Shown here in pieces: positions 1-8,500 of a DNA stretch of 20,000 bases. Positions within the stretch are counted from its first letter, which is position 1; every line of letters starts with the position of its first letter. A program made the translations under genes and the position numbers. The DNA comes from an uncultured virus (IMG/VR IMGVR_UViG_3300028394_000067) (taxonomy: Duplodnaviria; Heunggongvirae; Uroviricota; Caudoviricetes), in IMG/VR virus record IMGVR_UViG_3300028394_000067; one strand, 5' to 3'. The notes under the pieces were generated by a model. The model was not told the origin of the DNA. It did not search any database and worked only from the letters and a program-made list of their open reading frames with translations.

Positions 1-43
1 TGTTATCGAGTCAAGTATATTTACTTCGACTTCACCTTCCTGA
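1..43 (+). CDS. 3' end of an upstream gene (partial; ...VIESSIFTSTSPS*)
   Basis: Open frame from position 2 to TGA at 41-43, followed by a strong terminator. The product cannot be identified from 13 residues. Confidence 0.5.
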   Translation, partial: VIESSIFTSTSPS

Positions 44-69
44 TCTAATCAGTAAGGGTTCTTACAACT

Positions 70-98
70 ACCCCTCCTTCGGGAGGGGTTTTTGTTTT
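70..98 (+). terminator. Rho-independent terminator
   Basis: ACCCCTCC-TTCG-GGAGGGGT perfect 8-bp stem with a cUUCGg tetraloop, followed by TTTTGTTTT. Confidence 0.92.
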
Positions 99-183
99 GG
101 AATCAAATTATTAATAAAATTTTTAGCGTTTTTTAAATCGTTAACTGGCAAAGTATCAAGCATATGTTTCTTGCGTGGTCTTT

Positions 184-444
184 ATGACTGACCGGAAGCT
201 TTCAGAGTTTGGAATTAAACGAAAAGAGTGCCAAAAATGTGGCGCTACTTGGTTAAATAACGTTCACTATTGGCGTACGGGGGCAAAAGGTAGCGAACTA
301 GACCTTGCGGGCTTGGTTTGTAACCAAACTGACTCCTCTGAGTGCATAAATCCAGCTAAAGGACGTGTTGGAGGCGATACTTGGGAGAAACGAGCTGAAT
401 TTATTGAAAAATCTGCGCCAAAACTAAAAACTTGTGATCAATAA
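184..444 (+). CDS. Small Cys-rich hypothetical phage protein (possible Zn-binding)
   Basis: CxxC (CQKC), HYW, LAGLVCN...CINP; resembles small conserved cyanophage proteins. ATG 184 preferred over GTG 175. Confidence 0.75.
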   Translation: MTDRKLSEFGIKRKECQKCGATWLNNVHYWRTGAKGSELDLAGLVCNQTDSSECINPAKGRVGGDTWEKRAEFIEKSAPKLKTCDQ

Positions 445-484
445 GCTTTGTTTTTGCGGTTGTTTAGCCTAAACTACTGTACAC

Positions 485-955
485 ATGTTGACTCAGCCCA
501 TGACAGCCAGTGTTTATAGACCTAGTGGCGTAAAAATTGAGATACTTTCGACATATGACGAGGGTGATTACTTTATGGTGCGTTCCAATACCACGGGTAA
601 AGTTTTTTTTGCTCATAAAGACCAAGTTGGAGAACTTCTTGACGAAAATGAACCAACTTTAAGTGCTAACCATGTAGGTACAAGGCGCAGCAGACGAAAT
701 GTGAAGTCAGAGGTTGAAAAAACTCCGATAATTAAACCTCTACCACCTGCGGACACTCGGATAAATTTAAATACTCTGACACCCGAAGGTCTTACGCAGT
801 GCTTACCAGGCGTGGGACTAAAGACAGCTAAAGAAATTGTTGAACTACGTCAATCTTTACCTGGTGAAAAGTTCATAAAACTAGATCAACTTAACTCAAT
901 TAAACGAGTTGATTGGGATGAAGTGTTTGCTACCGGAAGTGTATACGTAGAATAG
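485..955 (+). CDS. Helix-hairpin-helix (ComEA-like) DNA-binding protein
   Basis: C-terminal INLNTLT..LTQCLPGVGLKTAKEIVELR..F..LDQL matches the ComEA/HHH_3 pattern. Small beta-rich N-terminal domain plus a basic linker. Confidence 0.85.
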   Translation: MLTQPMTASVYRPSGVKIEILSTYDEGDYFMVRSNTTGKVFFAHKDQVGELLDENEPTLSANHVGTRRSRRNVKSEVEKTPIIKPLPPADTRINLNTLTPEGLTQCLPGVGLKTAKEIVELRQSLPGEKFIKLDQLNSIKRVDWDEVFATGSVYVE

Positions 956-977
956 AAGAACATAAGTTTTCGTATCC

Positions 978-1598
978 GTGGCCCAACTAACTACTTTTGA
1001 ACTTGAGCAAATTCAATCGTATTTAGCTCAACAAGGGGTTGTTTTTCAGGCAACAACGACTGATGCTACCAAGAGAGAAGTCGTCTATGCCGCAGTTAAT
1101 CAATTAACTAGAAATCCTGCTCAGGTTTTTGGTTATGCCCTTGACGATTTTAACTTTAGCCGTGTTGCTTATCACTTAGCCTTTAACATCGCAACTGTTC
1201 CGGCGGGTGACTATGCTCGTTTGCTCGAAGCTTGTAATAGTATCCCTAGTGAGTTTTATTACGACAAGATAATTCAGCAAATTGAGCGCTGTGAGGAAGC
1301 TGAGCGTCTTACTGAGCTTGCTACCGGTAGAGCTACAAGTCGTCAAGAAACAATTCTTGGTGACGTTTCACGTTCCATTAATATTCAAGATAAACGTGAA
1401 ACAGCTCGCATATGGAGGGAAAACTATTTGTATGAGTGCGATAGGTTAGCGCAGCAGCTTTATGTGCCTAACTATCGAGACCCTGTGGCCGCGAGATATC
1501 GCTTTGAACGATCAGGTGGAGAGTTTATTCAAGCAATACCTGGACCACCTGATATTTCACGAGCAGACAGACTCTATTTTTACGCAAATTGGCGGTAG
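978..1598 (+). CDS. Conserved hypothetical phage protein, possibly head completion/connector
   Basis: 206-aa mostly helical ORF (RVAYHL..VPAGDYARL..LYVPNYRDP) at the start of the structural cluster. Function inferred from position only. Confidence 0.6.
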   Translation: MAQLTTFELEQIQSYLAQQGVVFQATTTDATKREVVYAAVNQLTRNPAQVFGYALDDFNFSRVAYHLAFNIATVPAGDYARLLEACNSIPSEFYYDKIIQQIERCEEAERLTELATGRATSRQETILGDVSRSINIQDKRETARIWRENYLYECDRLAQQLYVPNYRDPVAARYRFERSGGEFIQAIPGPPDISRADRLYFYANWR

Positions 1599-1629
1599 AC
1601 TTACTTTATTAGCGACCGATTTGTAGCAC

Positions 1630-3660
1630 ATGAGCATACTAAGAGGACTCACGGATCTTGTACTTCAAGGTGGTTCGGCTGGTGCCAAAAAATTACTCAA
1701 TGAGCTTCAATATGGGGTTAAGCCAGCTCGTGAATTTGTTGAACGTGCACAAGATACAATTACTGATTCACAAACTTATAAAGGATTAGCAAGAGAAGCT
1801 GAAAGAGTCTTAGGGAGACCTCTTCCTCCTCAGTTTTCAGGAGCTAAATTTGGTAATATTCCTGCCCGTGCCACGGGTTTGGTCAGCGACCTTACTGAGA
1901 AAACAAACCGTCAACGAGCGGTTGAAGCTGGAATGGTAAATAGAGTCATTCGAGAAATGGCTGGAGAAGTTCCAAATCGTCCTCCAATTACTGCGCAAAC
2001 TGCTGGCGGTGCACTTAGAGCACCTGGTGTTGGACGAACGGTAACAAGGCAAGACCCACGATTAATACCTGAGTCAGTCCCAACTGGTGATCCTTATGCA
2101 CGAGATTATGAATTAACTAGACAGTTAATGCAAGACAAAGGAGGGGGAAGCATGATGCGTGTTGCAGAACGACTCGCGGCTGATGCTCTACCTAATACTC
2201 GTGTAGCTCTACCTGTATCAGCAGATCGAGAACTTGCAGATAGGTTAATGCGAGGGGAAATTTCAGTTCCTCCCGAGGATGCGGCAGCTCTCTTTAATAG
2301 GTTGCGTGGACAAGCTCCTTCACCTAGAGATATTCCTACTTCTGTTCCCGAATATTTACAAGGTACATTTCTTAAACCAGGTCCGGGTGAGGTAAAAGGT
2401 TATGGAATGCCTTTAAGGTACCCTGCAGGTACTCAAGCTGTTGGAGGAGGAAAACTTGGTAACACTACATACGGTGAGGGCGTTGAAGCTAATATTGGTG
2501 CTTTTCTAGGTCCTGTTCCTCCTCCAAATAGACTTAATGTCATGGAGGCCATTGAACAAGGTATTCCTCTTACTCCCCGAGCACCTGGCGGTGAAGTTCG
2601 CGGAGGATCTTTTTTTACTGAACCTGATCCTTTTACCGGTCGCATTGAAATAGATCCACGTATCAATCCTTATCCTACAAGTCGAGTTGTTTTAGACACG
2701 GCTGGTAATGTTGTTGGTGATGCGGTTGAAGCTGTAGTTGATCCTGTTACACAAGCTACACGTAATGCCTCAGGAGGCATTCAAATGAGTGATTTAAACA
2801 CACTTATAGACGTATTACGTAATAATCCTATTAGAAGTGTCGGCGCTCTTGGAGGCGCTGGTCTAGCTGGCTTTGGGTTAAGTAGTGTCATAGTAAACAT
2901 GAGGCGCGGAGATGAAGGCTCGGCTCCTCTTGATCTACAAGGTGAAACAAGGACTCCTCCTGGAGAGCCCGTGGTTACTCCTACCGGAATTAATCAACCA
3001 GAACAAACCCCTGTGTTATTTGCTGATAATGACGGCACTCCCTTAGGTTCCGTAGGTTATCTTGAACAAAATCAACCTATGCCTCGTCGACCAGATCCAA
3101 CTGCCCCAGCACCTGTAATTACTCGAGGTGGAGATCGCAAAAGTGAGATGCGTGAGCAGTTAGCTCAGTATTCACCTCGCGCCGCCGCTGTAGATAGAGC
3201 TATGGAACCCCGTAGCCCTGAGAGGTATAAAAGTGCAGAGGATTATTACGCTGCGAGAGCTGCCTATGCGAATCAAGCTCCTGTAAGGCAATCGTTGATG
3301 AAGTATGCAGAAGGAACAGGTTCTAGTCCTGCTGAATCAACTGCCTTGCGGACGTGGGCTCAAAGCTACCCTGCTCTAGCTTACGAAATGCAGCGTCGCA
3401 GCATGGTTAACCCTGAAGCTAACCAACAAACTCAACAGTCCGTAACGACTACGACCATTACAACTCCAATGGGGACAAACAATCAGGCTAATGCCATTGG
3501 AAACGCAGAAGCCACTGCTCAAAGTGCAGTAGCTCCAACTCAGGGAAGTTTCGACTTACGTAGTGCCACCACACCTATGGAACAACCTGTACTTACTCCT
3601 GCTGAAGAGTTCTTGCAGCGCTTAAGTGTTCCTCAGCGTGATCAGATGATGTATTACTGA
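1630..3660 (+). CDS. Large Pro/Gly/Arg-rich protein, putative internal virion/ejection protein
   Basis: 676-aa Cys-free low-complexity ORF with one Gly-rich hydrophobic stretch (SVGALGGAGLAGFGLSSVIV). Confidence 0.6.
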   Translation: MSILRGLTDLVLQGGSAGAKKLLNELQYGVKPAREFVERAQDTITDSQTYKGLAREAERVLGRPLPPQFSGAKFGNIPARATGLVSDLTEKTNRQRAVEAGMVNRVIREMAGEVPNRPPITAQTAGGALRAPGVGRTVTRQDPRLIPESVPTGDPYARDYELTRQLMQDKGGGSMMRVAERLAADALPNTRVALPVSADRELADRLMRGEISVPPEDAAALFNRLRGQAPSPRDIPTSVPEYLQGTFLKPGPGEVKGYGMPLRYPAGTQAVGGGKLGNTTYGEGVEANIGAFLGPVPPPNRLNVMEAIEQGIPLTPRAPGGEVRGGSFFTEPDPFTGRIEIDPRINPYPTSRVVLDTAGNVVGDAVEAVVDPVTQATRNASGGIQMSDLNTLIDVLRNNPIRSVGALGGAGLAGFGLSSVIVNMRRGDEGSAPLDLQGETRTPPGEPVVTPTGINQPEQTPVLFADNDGTPLGSVGYLEQNQPMPRRPDPTAPAPVITRGGDRKSEMREQLAQYSPRAAAVDRAMEPRSPERYKSAEDYYAARAAYANQAPVRQSLMKYAEGTGSSPAESTALRTWAQSYPALAYEMQRRSMVNPEANQQTQQSVTTTTITTPMGTNNQANAIGNAEATAQSAVAPTQGSFDLRSATTPMEQPVLTPAEEFLQRLSVPQRDQMMYY

Positions 3661-3695
3661 TAACGAGTTAAAATGTTGTTCTCGGAGGTTATCTA

Positions 3696-4304
3696 ATGAG
3701 CTACTCTTTCTCCCCTAGTTATGGTTTTGATACTGCTTATAACAGGCCCTTACAGGGCAATATAAATGACTATACCGGCAAACGTTTTATCAATCCTCCT
3801 CTTGGTTATACAACTGACGTTTTCCGAGACGTAGAGCTCCCGGTTCCTGGCTCGGAATTTGGAGTTGCTAGACGTGATGAGTCTGGTTTATTTAATTTTG
3901 TAGATAAACTTGGAAACATAGCTCCAGGTGTAGCAAATGCTTACAGGGCTATGAGGGGTTTTCCTGCTAATCCTGCTTTTGAACCACAAGGTACTCGTTA
4001 TGCAGGGGATCGATTAGGTCGTGTAATAGCTGATCGTGAAAATCGCCGTCGAAATCAACCTATGCGAGAACTACCAGGAGCAAGAGACGTAGCACAGGCC
4101 GTGGCGGGGTCAGATTTTTCTCCCTTTAACACTGCTATTCTTCGTGAGGCAATTGCATCACCCACTGCTTTGCAACGGCTGTTTACTGGCGGGGTTGCCT
4201 CTACAATAGATCCAGTTCGTACCAGTGTGGCTTTAGCTGGGTCAGAGGACCTGTCTCAGACCGCTGCACTTCCGGCTGATTACTACTCTTCTCTTGTTTC
4301 CTAG
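3696..4304 (+). CDS. Hypothetical protein, putative internal virion protein
   Basis: 202-aa ORF with GGAGG RBS at 3684-3688; shares an FVDxLGxxxPGVxN motif with ORF 9407-10207. Confidence 0.65.
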   Translation: MSYSFSPSYGFDTAYNRPLQGNINDYTGKRFINPPLGYTTDVFRDVELPVPGSEFGVARRDESGLFNFVDKLGNIAPGVANAYRAMRGFPANPAFEPQGTRYAGDRLGRVIADRENRRRNQPMRELPGARDVAQAVAGSDFSPFNTAILREAIASPTALQRLFTGGVASTIDPVRTSVALAGSEDLSQTAALPADYYSSLVS

Positions 4305-4314
4305 GATCTAAATC

Positions 4315-4872
4315 ATGAGCTCTACAAGCACCAACAAACAACCTTTAATGGTTGATAGGCCTTTTCTTAGAGGCGCCAAAGTTAATAACGGAACTACTGT
4401 TGTAACTAATACAAGTAGTCCTGATTTTGGTGACTTAATTCAATTGGTTCGCGTTGGAGATCTTCCCTCAGAGGACGGAGCTCTTGTAGAGGATATTTTT
4501 GTCGTATCAAATGAAGGCTACCCAAATAGAGGTGGTGTTCGATCTGCAGCTTTTGGTGTTTATATCTATGCACCTAACCAAGCTGCTCCTTCTACCTCAG
4601 CTTCTCTTTTGATAAGTAAGTTTGAAGTTGGTCTATCCGGCGACACAGAAGGTTTGATTCAACGTGTAGAACTCCCCGCAACCGTTGCCCCCACACCTCA
4701 AACTGGGGACACTAACTTAGTCCGCCCGATTGAAATTGGTAAGTCTGAAGCTTTGTATTTAGAGAAAGGATATATTTTGTGTGTAGGTTACTTAGGTAAC
4801 GGACCCGCCGCTGTCTCCGGTGGCTTAAGTGCGTCAGGTCTCTCGATTTTTGCGCAAGGCGGTTTCTATTGA
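4315..4872 (+). CDS. Putative virion structural protein (beta-rich)
   Basis: 185-aa ORF with alternating beta-strand-like segments, ending AQGGFY, tightly packed within the structural cluster. Confidence 0.6.
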   Translation: MSSTSTNKQPLMVDRPFLRGAKVNNGTTVVTNTSSPDFGDLIQLVRVGDLPSEDGALVEDIFVVSNEGYPNRGGVRSAAFGVYIYAPNQAAPSTSASLLISKFEVGLSGDTEGLIQRVELPATVAPTPQTGDTNLVRPIEIGKSEALYLEKGYILCVGYLGNGPAAVSGGLSASGLSIFAQGGFY

Positions 4873-4875
4873 TCC

Positions 4876-6414
4876 GTGGCTCGTAAAAAGGGCTCTGATG
4901 ATTTTTTGCCTAATGGTCCAAGACCACTTGGTTCTTTTAAACCTATTTCAAATATTATTGGATCTGATAAAAAATCTCAGCTCTTACGTCCGTTACCTTT
5001 TAAGCGTAGATTTAGACCAGCAATCAATACAAAAGATTTTAGTGTCGTAAGTGAATACAATTATGCTTCTCTCTGGTCACGTTGGCGCCGTGGTTATGAA
5101 CTTAGCATGTACGCACAAGGAGCGTACAGTGGTTTAATTTATTCGTCTTTTAAATATTACGTCTCAGGCACTGCCGGTGTAGGTGGGTATATACCTGGCT
5201 TGTTCTTTGTATATCCGACACTCAGAAGCGATATGCGTATGCACATGGTCGGTATTCGTCCACGAGATACTTTTAACTTCTTGGATTTTGGTATTTCAAT
5301 TCAATCTGTAACTCAATATGATGAAACGACTTACGCCGTAGTCCTAAGTCAACGATTTGGCTCTCCTATTTCGTATTTTACCGGAGAGGTGTTGTCGAAC
5401 AGGTTTAATTCTGACGGTACGGAAAAACAATTTGGATATAGTAACTACACAGTTACAGCTGTAGGTTTAAACGGTGTTATTTTAGAACCATCAATAAACC
5501 CAGACTTCAATACATTATTTTTATCGTTTGCAGCTGATAAAAGTTGGTCCGTGGTTAATTCCACGACCATTGTTGTACCTGCTACAGGTCCTCCATTAGT
5601 TGGTGAATTTCTTACAACAGAAATAAGAGTTCAGTGCTCTTGTCAAGATTTTTTAAACAGAGAAGGTTTTAATTTTTATAATCTCTCAGTTAAACAACGG
5701 TATCCCTATACAAGTATATTAAACGTCGATCCTGGTTTTTTCGATGGAGGTCCTAGTGCTTCTGGTCGAGTAAGTCCATCTAATGACTATCCTGGGTACG
5801 CTAGAACCTTTGGTTTTATTTATCTAAACAAAATCTACACTATACCTTCGTACGAAGACGCAGCCGTCTATTCAGATCCCTCTCTATTTTATTTTCAACC
5901 TAAATGGTGTAAACATATTTATGCTGCTTTTTGGGACATGCAACGTAAGTTTAGATTGTTTAATGTCACAACTTCAAGATTACCTCAACCAAATGATGAG
6001 CCTTTGGATGAATATTATCGTGAGAAATTTGAAGTTGATTTAGCAAAACAAAATAGTTTTCTAAGACGAGAGGAAGATCTTGTTTGGTGGTCTCGCTACA
6101 GTCCTTCTCTTGGAGGGTTACCTAAGCATTTACTTTACGCTGATAAGTATAATATGATTGCAAAAACACTAAATTTTGGACAGCTAGACGACTTAACAGA
6201 ACTTCAGGATACAAATTTTCAACTGTTTACAATAAATGATTTCAATCCTTTAAATCCTGCTGCTTTGCCTCAAGAAACTTATGATGGTGGAACTTACTCT
6301 GATGGTGTTGTTATCACAAGCTCTTCTAATATTTTAGACGGAGGTCAGTATACTAATGGTGAACTTGTGCCTCCGAGCTATCCTCCTACATTTATAAACG
6401 GAGGAACCTACTAA
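4876..6414 (+). CDS. Protein with a split SWIM-type zinc finger and C-terminal DGGxY repeats
   Basis: VQCSCQDF (5635-5643) ... WCKHIYAA (5908-5916) fits SWIM CxC-xn-CxH. C-terminus YDGGTY..LDGGQY..INGGTY*. Confidence 0.7.
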   Translation: MARKKGSDDFLPNGPRPLGSFKPISNIIGSDKKSQLLRPLPFKRRFRPAINTKDFSVVSEYNYASLWSRWRRGYELSMYAQGAYSGLIYSSFKYYVSGTAGVGGYIPGLFFVYPTLRSDMRMHMVGIRPRDTFNFLDFGISIQSVTQYDETTYAVVLSQRFGSPISYFTGEVLSNRFNSDGTEKQFGYSNYTVTAVGLNGVILEPSINPDFNTLFLSFAADKSWSVVNSTTIVVPATGPPLVGEFLTTEIRVQCSCQDFLNREGFNFYNLSVKQRYPYTSILNVDPGFFDGGPSASGRVSPSNDYPGYARTFGFIYLNKIYTIPSYEDAAVYSDPSLFYFQPKWCKHIYAAFWDMQRKFRLFNVTTSRLPQPNDEPLDEYYREKFEVDLAKQNSFLRREEDLVWWSRYSPSLGGLPKHLLYADKYNMIAKTLNFGQLDDLTELQDTNFQLFTINDFNPLNPAALPQETYDGGTYSDGVVITSSSNILDGGQYTNGELVPPSYPPTFINGGTY

Positions 6415-6415
6415 C

Positions 6416-7039
6416 ATGACTTCAACACCAGTTACTTCTTTACTTAAAAGAACCGGTAACGCATCCGATAGACCGAGTGGCAACATCATTGTTAATGGTG
6501 AGCTTGCTTTGAGTTTTGGTGCGGCAGACCCTGGAGTTTATTTCGAAGATTCTGCTGGCAGCATACGAAAAATCGGTCCCACCGCTTACGGCACTGTAGC
6601 TCCTAACGCTGTACCCGTGGGTTTGGCGGGTAACTCCTTAGGGGAGTTGTGGACAGACTCCAACACGACTACGTATTATTTAAAAGTATGGAATGGCACA
6701 GCTTGGCAAAAAGTCGGTGCGGCTTTTGCTGATGTAGCTGGAAGTGCAAATGTCACTATTGCTTCTGGTGCTATCTTTGCAAACTCGGCTCTTGTGGCAT
6801 CAGGTTCGTTTGGATCGATCCTTGCCTCTGGGGCCTTAGGTGCAATTCTTGCTTCTGGTTCTCGTGGTGCACTGCTGGCTTCTGGAGTCGTTACCGCAAC
6901 CGGTGTATCTTGTTCCGATATTTATACAGGATCTTTGACTGGAACTGGGCCCTCTGGTTCCCTTCGCTACAAAATCGACAACACTGGAACGCCTAGCGGG
7001 TTGTACGTAGCCTTTGCTGGCGGGTGGGCTCTAGTTTAA
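6416..7039 (+). CDS. Tail fibre/fibre-adaptor protein
   Basis: N-terminal LKR..RP....GELALS...PGVYF..KIGP resembles the Mtd/hyaluronidase-type fibre N-terminal domain; GELWTD..LKVWNGTAW module; 9-aa (I/L)ASG repeats. Confidence 0.75.
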   Translation: MTSTPVTSLLKRTGNASDRPSGNIIVNGELALSFGAADPGVYFEDSAGSIRKIGPTAYGTVAPNAVPVGLAGNSLGELWTDSNTTTYYLKVWNGTAWQKVGAAFADVAGSANVTIASGAIFANSALVASGSFGSILASGALGAILASGSRGALLASGVVTATGVSCSDIYTGSLTGTGPSGSLRYKIDNTGTPSGLYVAFAGGWALV

Positions 7040-7572
7040 CTGTTTCTTAAAGTTGCTTTGAGCATCCACGCGCTCTTAAACATATTGTTAACAATTTCAG
7101 CTACAAAGTTTTCTACATCTGGAGCTTCAACTTCTTTAGCCATTTCAACGACGGCTTTACCTAACATTCCGCCTTGCTCTAGATTTTTTAAATAAGTTAC
7201 TAGACTGTCGTTTGCTTCGTACGTTTTGGTGTTAGGAAACTTTTTATAGGCGCTTAGTAGCCCGTTCTGGCACATAGGCATTAAGTAATCCATGCTTCTG
7301 ACCAGTTCAGAGACTGTATCAAAGTCCGTGGTGTGCTGTTCGTATTGTTTTTGTAAAAATTCGTGCAGAGCTAAAAATTGAGGAGACTCAATGTTTAGAT
7401 GAAGTAGATGCGCTTGCGTGTTTAGCTGGTATAGATAAGAAGCTAAAGCAACCATGTTGTAGATCAAATTGTCTACACAGTTATCTTTTTGTATAATGAC
7501 CTCCTGGGTGATCATTTCTTTCTTAGGTGCCTCGACGGCAGCCTGAAGTATATCCGTGATCGAGGAGGTCAT
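7036..7572 (-). CDS. dps: Dps family (ferritin-like) DNA protection protein
   Basis: HLNIESPQFLALHEFLQKQYE..DTVSELVR and the terminal WML match the Dps signature (HWN..F..LHE..Y....D..AER; WML). Ferroxidase H, H, D, E retained. ATG 7572 preferred; TTG 7587 possible. Confidence 0.88.
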   Translation of the reverse strand: MTSSITDILQAAVEAPKKEMITQEVIIQKDNCVDNLIYNMVALASYLYQLNTQAHLLHLNIESPQFLALHEFLQKQYEQHTTDFDTVSELVRSMDYLMPMCQNGLLSAYKKFPNTKTYEANDSLVTYLKNLEQGGMLGKAVVEMAKEVEAPDVENFVAEIVNNMFKSAWMLKATLRNS

Positions 7573-7583
7573 TAGGTTTAAGC

Positions 7584-7847
7584 TCAAAGAGCGCAGACGG
7601 CGCTTTCCTCTATATTAACCTCTTCGTTATCAACTTCTGCTCCGCTTTTCAAATATTCTTGAAGAGAATCTTGATGAATACGGTACAGAGACTTCGCGCC
7701 GTTTGGCTGAAGATTAACGAAGATGCCCTTAGGCCAACCACCGGGCTGATTAGATTCGGTAAGAGAGATACGTTTACGTACAAAACCAGCAGAGCAGTTG
7801 AGCAGCTCTGCGGTCTGAGCGATAGTCAGGAGCCGTGCAGTCTCCAT
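7584..7847 (-). CDS. Excisionase/MerR-like helix-turn-helix DNA-binding protein
   Basis: LLTIAQTAELLNCSAGFVRKRI ... YRIHQDSLQEYL matches the HTH_17/Xis pattern. Confidence 0.8.
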   Translation of the reverse strand: METARLLTIAQTAELLNCSAGFVRKRISLTESNQPGGWPKGIFVNLQPNGAKSLYRIHQDSLQEYLKSGAEVDNEEVNIEESAVCAL

Positions 7848-7881
7848 TGGAGTTCAGAAAGTAAATGTCGTGGACGTAACG

Positions 7882-7909
7882 ACGTTAGCAGGGATTAGCT
7901 GTAAGTCAA
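7882..7909 (-). promoter_or_regulatory. Sigma70-type promoter for the HTH-dps unit
   Basis: Minus strand TTGACT (7909-7904), 16 nt, TAACGT (7887-7882), with a TGn extension; 35 nt upstream of ATG 7847. Confidence 0.55.
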
Positions 7910-7980
7910 ACCATGATTATGCTTTTAATCTTAATTTCATAATCGTTACGGTAGACTAAATTGTAGTCGAAATACGACGC

Positions 7981-8229
7981 ATGACGATTCGTCTTGCTGG
8001 CGAAATCTTCAAAGGATATAATCAGCCTCGTCGAGATTCTGATGGAGGTAAAAAGTTTGCCGTGGCCGCAAAGGAAGGAGATACTGTGCGTTTAGTGCGT
8101 TTTGGTGACCCTAATATGACTATTAAAAAACACATTCCAGAACGAAGAGCTAACTTCAGAGCACGTCATAATTGTGATGCACCTGGGAGTAAATTAAAAG
8201 CTCGTTATTGGGCTTGCAAATCTTGGTAA
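7981..8229 (+). CDS. Small basic conserved phage protein
   Basis: KKFAV...VRFGDPNM.IKK..P.RR.NFRARHNC......ARYWACK.W is a motif I recognise from many phage hypothetical proteins; function unknown. Confidence 0.75.
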   Translation: MTIRLAGEIFKGYNQPRRDSDGGKKFAVAAKEGDTVRLVRFGDPNMTIKKHIPERRANFRARHNCDAPGSKLKARYWACKSW

Positions 8230-8266
8230 CGATTGGAGCTAAACTTAAATGAGCTTCGAGGATACA

Positions 8267-8500
8267 ATGAAAAACCACGGAAGTCAGTTGGTTGTTGGTC
8301 TAACAATCGAAGACGATTTTGTTCTGACCAGACTCAAGAACAGGGCGATCAGTTTGGAAGGAAAAGCGAGGGATCAGTATATGTGGAAAGTTATTTATAA
8401 TTTTGTATGCAGAGAACGTGCGTATAAATCTGTTTTAGAAGAGCTTGACGTGGCTATAGATACTAATATTGATATATTCCAAGAGGAGCCTAATGACTAA
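8267..8500 (+). CDS. nblA: NblA-like phycobilisome degradation protein
   Basis: LTIEDDFVL...YMWKVIYNFVCRERAYKSVL aligns without gaps over 46 aa to the NblA pattern as I recall it (LSLEQQFSI...FLVKLYEQMVVREATYQELL). GAGGA RBS at 8258-8262 favours ATG 8267. Confidence 0.7.
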   Translation: MKNHGSQLVVGLTIEDDFVLTRLKNRAISLEGKARDQYMWKVIYNFVCRERAYKSVLEELDVAIDTNIDIFQEEPND

